Assembly: GCF_006345805.1 (NCBI RefSeq)
Contig: NW_021835346.1
Location: 1 to 40,628 of the forward strand
Reading direction: 5' to 3'
DNA length: 40,628 nt
Origin: Octopus sinensis
Lineage: Eukaryota
Translations under genes and position numbers: made by a program
In this document: piece by piece, positions 34,350 through 40,628 of the stretch
How positions within the stretch are numbered: the first letter of the stretch is position 1
Layout: every line of letters begins with the position of its first letter
The notes under the pieces: generated by a model
What the model saw: only the letters and a program-made list of their open reading frames with translations
What the model was told of the DNA's origin: nothing
The model's database searches: none

Positions 34350-35100
34350 TGATGGCTTTGAATAACATTTTAGAAAGCTGATGATGTTATTTGGACACAC
34401 AGATGGACTGCTGTCTTGTGTCAAAAATACAAATAATGCACCGAGATATTTAGAATTTACATCCAGAGCATTCGATTCAGTTTACGGAATTAAACTCGTG
34501 AAAATACAACATTTTTAAATCAGGACGAAATGAGTATCATCTTAAAGCTCCTTCAAGACACTCAATTAGTAATCAATCTTGGCAAAACTGTGTCAAACTT
34601 TTTTAAACATATTACAGTGTGACTCTCGCTGTCCCTAATTTTGTTTATCGTCTACCTAAAAGCAGCACTTAGAGATTTAGATCTTTTGTAGTAAATACAC
34701 CGAAATAATATATGCCGATTATGCTGACTTCGTCTTTGACAATGCTGAAATCCTTTAGCACATTATCGAAACACTACCAAAAATATTTTCCAAATGGTTT
34801 TTATAGTCAATCATAACAAAACGGAATACACGAAAATTTTTCGAGCTAAACGCACCTATGATAAAACTTGGAAAAGGCATAAAAAGTTGAATCACAGCTG
34901 GATGACTCTGAAGATGTCACTCATAGAATGATACTATCGATCACGGCGTATAATAAACTCGTAAATATCTGGCATCTAGAAATCAAAAATTATATTAAAA
35001 ATGTCAGAATTGAACTGAAAATGGTATATCTTGTATTTTTTAATTATCTGTCTTTCAGATAATTTGTTGTTCAATATCAATTTATTATTATGGCACTTTC
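34350..35100 (+). mobile_element. Degenerate LINE RT remnant, plus strand, copy B
   Basis: Homologous to 9640-10400. Confidence 0.6.
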
Positions 35101-35149
35101 ACGAAAACCATTATGTTTATAGGCCAACACTCAAAAAAACAATCTTTAG

Positions 35150-36336
35150 ATTTAGTTTTTTTTCATCTTCTTCTGTCGAGTGCGAGTGATCTCAATTCAT
35201 TCAGATTGTCCCCTGTTTTTAGATTTTTTCACAGGATTTAGGTCCTTGTTTAAGGCAGTTATAATGTCGATTTAAATCGTCCGTGGAAGGTTTGTCGCAA
35301 CTGTCAAAGTAATTTTTATATCGCTTTGTTAGCTGGTGCGTCCGGGTTCATTCTTAGTACATGTCTAAATTACCTCCACCACCAATCTATCACATTCTCG
35401 AACACATAATTGTAGATACTATTGATTAATATTCTACTTGGCCAATCTATTAAAGTAAGCTTCTTAGTTATTTTTAAGGAACGAATCTAGTTTCAATAGT
35501 TTGTTGAAGAGACTTCCTTATATCTCAGCGTTGTAAAGCCTGCATCTCATGTCAATTCTAAGTCTTTTGGTTCTTATCCATCTTTTTCTTTAGTGTGACC
35601 ATTGCTTCATTTGCTAGTGTTTTCCTCTTTAATACATCTTCAGCGTTTTATATTAAAGAGACGAGTTTATTAGTACGTCTCCATCTTACATGAGTGATAC
35701 CGTCTTCTCTTTTGATTTCCGTAATTTCAGTTTTGATTACATTTACACAGAGAAATCATTTCTCAAACTCCACTGGTGCATTTTCTAGTAGATGTTTGAG
35801 TGCGGTCAAATCCCGAGATACAAAATCCATAATATGTCTCTTCTATGTCTTCTATATAGCATTTACGGAAGTCGAAGAGTGGAGATTCAAGGTATATGGT
35901 GAATAGTAAATGGGAAAGGGAATCACTCTTTGGTGTCCCTATTGTTTCGAAACTGCAGGAAGTTGCTCCTTCTGTCCTCACAGATAGTCTTTTGTTTACA
36001 AATAATAGTTTTATTATCCTAACCACGATTCATCCAATATTAGATCAGGAATATTTATCAATTTCTGCCAGTTTATTGAGTCGAAAGCTCTGGAAGAATC
36101 TATTCCCAACATTGTCGTTGCTCTCTTGAATCTTTTGTGGCTCCATACAATGTCTGCCGTAGACCTCTCTTTTCGAAACCCTTTTGACTTGCTGGTAGGT
36201 ATAGATCCGCCACACCCTCCATTCGAGTTAATGCAATGCTTGCCAGCACCTTACGTATCGAATTCAGAAGTATTATCGTGGAGAGATTTTCTACCAAAAT
36301 CCGACGGTTCTCCACCTCTGGGATCTGCCCTAATTC
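35150..36336 (-). mobile_element. Degenerate LINE RT remnant, minus strand, copy B
   Basis: Homologous to 10430-11468 and retains GTPKSDSLSHLLFTIYLE (cf. GTPQGDSLSP.LF.IYLE). Confidence 0.78.
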
Positions 36337-36888
36337 GGTCGGACTGTAGATAGTCTAAGAAGTATGAAAGTTTGTTATTTTTATTATTAATGAATTAATA
36401 GGAATTCTAAAGCTCAAAATTCGAATAATTAAATATTAGTTTGTAGCCAAATTCTATCTCCTTCTCCACTTTGTTTTGTTGAACTTTTTCCTGTTAAAAA
36501 TCGTTTAGACTAATTAATTCCATTCATTAGCTTTTAATCCCCTTTTGATTGCAATAAAATTTTCAAGTGAAATTCAAGAATTTAATATTATTCAAATATT
36601 ATTTGTTAGATCCCTGTTTTTTCACGTCAGTCACATACATAATCAATATGATCATGAACAAAAATTTTATTTACTTATTTGTTTTTATTAATAGTGAACA
36701 ATTTTTTAGACCAATTCCCGTCAAATATATTTATTTTTTTGCCTATTGATACGTGTACGTGTTATTCTAGTCTACTGCAGTAAAAGGTATAATAAACTAA
36801 AAATAGCGATTCTAAGAAAAAGACTAATCAGTTTTTATTATCTAAATAACACTTTCATTGAGATAAAATTCAAATAAAATCGCACAGT

Positions 36889-38876
36889 TTAATTTGTATC
36901 GACCTCTCTACCGTGGTAAGATTTTTTCCGTTTTTTAGCATTCTGTATATGTCGAAACTTCTTAGGATCAAAGCCATAAGCAAATAGACGGTCATCATTC
37001 AACCCACCATTATTACTGATCTTTCTTTTTGTTTTCATATTCTTTTCAGCATTATTTGACTCATTCTTGACCAGAGAAGCATCAATAGTGGAATCATGTT
37101 GGCCATTTCCAACAGCATCATCAACTTCTTGATTCTGTTCAATCCCTTTCAATGACTTAAATATATGTCGCTTCAGCTTATGTTTTTTCCGTCGTTTCTC
37201 GTACATCTTCTTATCATTATACTCCTCTTCATCAGTCCTATACTGAACCATCTTCTTTAAGGAAACCCACTGATTCAACTCTTTATAATCCGCATTGAGA
37301 ATTTCTTCGAGTGATAGACCGAAATCACATTCCGAAACATTTCTATAAGAAAATCTATTTGGAGGTGGAGGAATTATATCCTCAGGGACCATCATTCGAG
37401 TTTTAACAGCTTCTCTACGAAGTGCCCGTTTGCTCTGTAAATTTTCTAACGCTTCATCTTCAGAAGAAGAAAATTTTGGTTTTTTTTCTTTGAAAGGAAT
37501 ATTATAGAAATTATCACCAAAAATTTCCTAAAATTAGTAAAATGAAACCAAACATTCATTTGTTGGTCATGTTCTTCTGGATCAAAATCTCCAAACACAT
37601 GACTCGTGTCAAAATTCTGATTTCCACTGAGAGACCTTAATTTGGATACTTTCGCAGCTTCTTCTTTCCGCTGAAGACTTCTGAGTCGTTTTAATTCTTC
37701 TCTTTTCTTATTTTCCCTTGTTTCTTTCCTCTCCTTTGCTTTCAAACGGGCTTCACTTCGACGGTGATCCACAGGACGGACAGAATCGGTGATTTTCCGT
37801 GGATAAGATTTAATCTGTAAAAGAAATTAATATCATAAATTAAAACTAGTCACAAAATATTCACTTAATCTAGCCGCTAATAAACATAACGACAATCATA
37901 GAATAGAACGCGCAAAAAAGTATACCTGACAACCGTCTGGTTCTTCAAACCTGAAGTTATAATTTTTCTCGAATTCATCTTGCTTATCCTCCTCAGCGGA
38001 ATCAGAGTCAGAAGAATTTAGTTTATATTCAGTATCATTGTCATCCTCATCCACGAGATACTTTCGATTAAGCAAATAATCTCTCAAAAATTTATCATTT
38101 TCAGATATTTTTTCGGACTGCCAATAGTCTCTTAAGGATTCCTACAGTAAACACACTGAGAAAACCAGCTGACTGAATTTTCGAGAACAATCTGGACGCT
38201 CCGATTTTAGAAATTTTATATATTCTTCGTCATCTTTATTCTAATTTCTTTACTCAAAAATTAAACACGGTTTTATCTTGATTTGGCTCTTTTTTGGTCA
38301 AAAAATCATCGTCGCTATCATCGACAAATTGTTTAATACTAAAAACAATATTATTAATTTATAGACTTTTCCTTTAGTTTATTTTGTTCGTCAACATAGG
38401 ATCCAGGCACTATTTCCGTCATGTAAGCATCTTGAGGTTCTTCTCCCTTCAAAATACGCCTTCTTTCGTAATCTTTGAAAAGCAGGGGCTTTTCACGTTT
38501 TTTGGTGGGTTTATGTTCATTTCCTTCACTTTTTTGTTTTTCTATGTTAAAAATTAGTTAAAAAATAAATTACCGAAAAACTTAAGGTCTTTGTTGTAGA
38601 GTTCTGCTGTGGAAAACTTGGCAGTTGCATAAAGTCTCATCCATTCCTCGTCAACTTGTGGAGTCAATTGTGTGGCACAGTCATCTTCTGTTTCAGAGGA
38701 TGTTTCATTTTCTGAAGGATTGCCGTAACGATCTTTTACTAGGAGTTTAATTTATGCTTTTATTTTTTACATTTCTGAAGTTCTTCCTTTTCTCTCCATT
38801 GATTGTAATTACTAGCGTATGATTCGTTTATATTTAAGTCTTCTTCATCAGAAATATCGAGATCGAGTTTACCCAT
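36889..38876 (-). CDS. KRI1: KRI1 homolog, copy B
   Basis: ORF-track segments are identical to copy A. ATG at 38876. Confidence 0.9.
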
Positions 38877-39897
38877 TCAATACCACAACATGGAATCTGT
38901 TTGAAAATTTTATTGGTAGTCAAATAAAAGTGAAATCATTGTAAATATTTTTAATTTATTACAAACATAACTTGAAAATATTTGAAATTAAAAGAAAATT
39001 TAAAGATACGCCTAATAAACTACCCTCTATGATTATGTAAACTTTTTGTCATATATTTTATCTTAATTACTTTTTTAGGATAATTAAAAATTTTAAAACA
39101 TTGAAATAGCCAACCATTCGGAATTTTTAAATAAATAAAAAATAGTAAAAGAAATGACAATTTGCAGACAATTTCATTGAACACAAAATAATGAAAAGGT
39201 ATAATTTTAAAAATACCTGAAATTTTTTTTCTAATATTTATAAAATATTCAAAAAATTTTGAGAAATTCAGCAATGTTTTAATCCAATCGTATTTATTTT
39301 GAAAAAATACTAATTTCTGCAATCAATTTTTTATTTAGTGTTAGGATTTCATTTATTCCAATTCCGTAAATTTTAAATCAACTAATCTACTTAACCTGTT
39401 TTACATGTGTTTTTGGCTTTAAAATTTCTAATCGAATTGTATACGTCATCTAATTAGAAATTCAATAAGTTTAACTTTTTCCACTAACAGGAAATCAAAG
39501 TAATTCGGTTTTCCTTGTGCCACGATTAGTATTCTTCCACACGTGCGTTTCTATGCCCCCTCCATTATTTTCTATTGTTTGTAGATTGTTTGTAGTGAAT
39601 CGAGAACTTTGCCATTTTTGTTTATTCCCGCTATGTCTTCGTTTAATCTGATAGGCAGAGTGGCTCTAGGCCTTCCACGGAATCTCATTGGTTGAAGTAG
39701 TGACGTTCTTCTTTTGCACGAATTTCTTTCCCACGCTTGGTATCCGCTAATCCGTTCTCAAATTATTATTAGTATTGATAAGCATGTCGTCAAAACAACT
39801 TTCTCAATAGTTCCCTCAGAAGCTCCAAATCGTCTGCTGATATTCAGCCCTTTTCCAATCAAAACGCAAAATCTTTAATAGTTCTAGAAAGAATTCC

Positions 39898-40376
39898 TTA
39901 TTCCTTTTCCGTTTTATGTATGGGGAATTTTTCGATTTTGATGTTAACTCTAAAGTGTTCCTCAAAAATTTTGTTCAGAATATGATTAATGAGTTTATGA
40001 AACTCTTCAGGGACGTATTTCATGAGTTCTGTAGTAACAGTGTCTGGGTCCGGTGCTTTTGAGTTGTTTAGTCTGGTTACAGCCTTCATAACTTCCAATA
40101 AAGTTATTTCTGGTGACAGTTTTCTCGGAACTCCATCGACTGGATGGACAGTTTCCTCTTCCAAAATTGAAGTATTTTTCGAAGTGATTAGGTATGAGTT
40201 TGTTCCTGTTTGTTGTATATATTTCTTCCGAGTTTTTCATAAATTGTTAGGTTTTTGGATTTCTTCATTCTCGCTAGAATCTTTACCGATGCATATATTT
40301 GCGCTCCGTGCTTGTACTTTTTTACTTCTTTTGCAAGGTTTTGTAGCTCTGTTTCGTGGTTTTTCTGACACTTCTT
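39898..40376 (-). mobile_element. RTE-like LINE fragment (linker to start of RT)
   Basis: EITLLEVMKAVTRLNNSKAPDPDTVTTELMKY (L.N.KAPGPD.I..E.LK motif). Overlaps in sequence with 14228-14395. Confidence 0.8.
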
Positions 40377-40393
40377 AATAATAAAATGGTATG

Positions 40394-40462
40394 GTGTGTG
40401 TCTGTCTGTCTGTCTGTCTGTGTGTCTGTCTGTGTGTCTGTCTGTCTGTCTGTCTGTGTGTG
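40394..40462 (+). repeat. Compound (GTCT)n/(GT)n microsatellite
   Basis: Directly visible run. Confidence 0.95.
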
Positions 40463-40484
40463 CACACCAACTTCAAATTGGCAA

Positions 40485-40628
40485 TACGATGTCCTCGACT
40501 TACATGATGAGGTCCTTAAAACCTTCCCCCCAAAAAAAATTAAAAAAAATTTTTCTGCGTTTTGGTCAAAATGAACAACTACGATGTCCTCGACTTACAT
40601 GATGAGGTCCTTAAAACCTTCCCCCAAA
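40485..40628 (+). repeat. 95-bp tandem repeat (at least 1.5 units, runs off the window end)
   Basis: TACGATGTCCTCGACTTACATGATGAGGTCCTTAAAACCTTCCCCC starts at both 40485 and 40580. Confidence 0.9.

Larger units (their letters stand above)
26014..39042. repeat. Segmental duplication, copy B (13.0 kb), direct repeat of 755-14178
   Basis: Same gene and TE order and near-identical sequence as copy A. Confidence 0.95.

Noticed and set aside
39020-39322. 100-aa hydrophobic ORF
   Set aside because: F/I/K/N-rich composition is expected from AT-rich non-coding DNA and no family motif is recognisable.
40356-40602. ORFs with VCLS/SVC repeats
   Set aside because: Translation of the microsatellite.

Overview
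Eukaryotic, very AT-rich, gene-compact DNA with 24-30 nt GT-AG introns. The housekeeping proteins are animal-like but strongly diverged, consistent with a reduced parasitic metazoan such as a myxozoan (inference, not proven). A ~13 kb block occurs twice in direct orientation (755-14178 and 26014-39042). Each copy holds a pogo/Tigger remnant, tRNA-Asn(GTT), eIF2B-gamma, CWC15, LINE RT remnants and KRI1, and both block boundaries coincide with DNA-transposon termini. The unique middle holds an APE-type LINE 5' part, a USP36/42-like deubiquitinase, GPD1 and a non-autonomous hAT (Buster-type) element. The best candidate for something new is a ~3.1 kb, probably intact CRE-clade (RT + restriction-like endonuclease) non-LTR retrotransposon. 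It encodes an N-terminal PHD finger and sits, with a 10-bp apparent TSD and poly(A) tail, inside a 22-bp tandem array in GPD1 intron 3, which is thereby 3457 nt long. Many frameshifts are single-base homopolymer deletions and look like uncorrected long-read errors, so frameshift-based pseudogene calls are unreliable. All calls are by eye, with no database searches.
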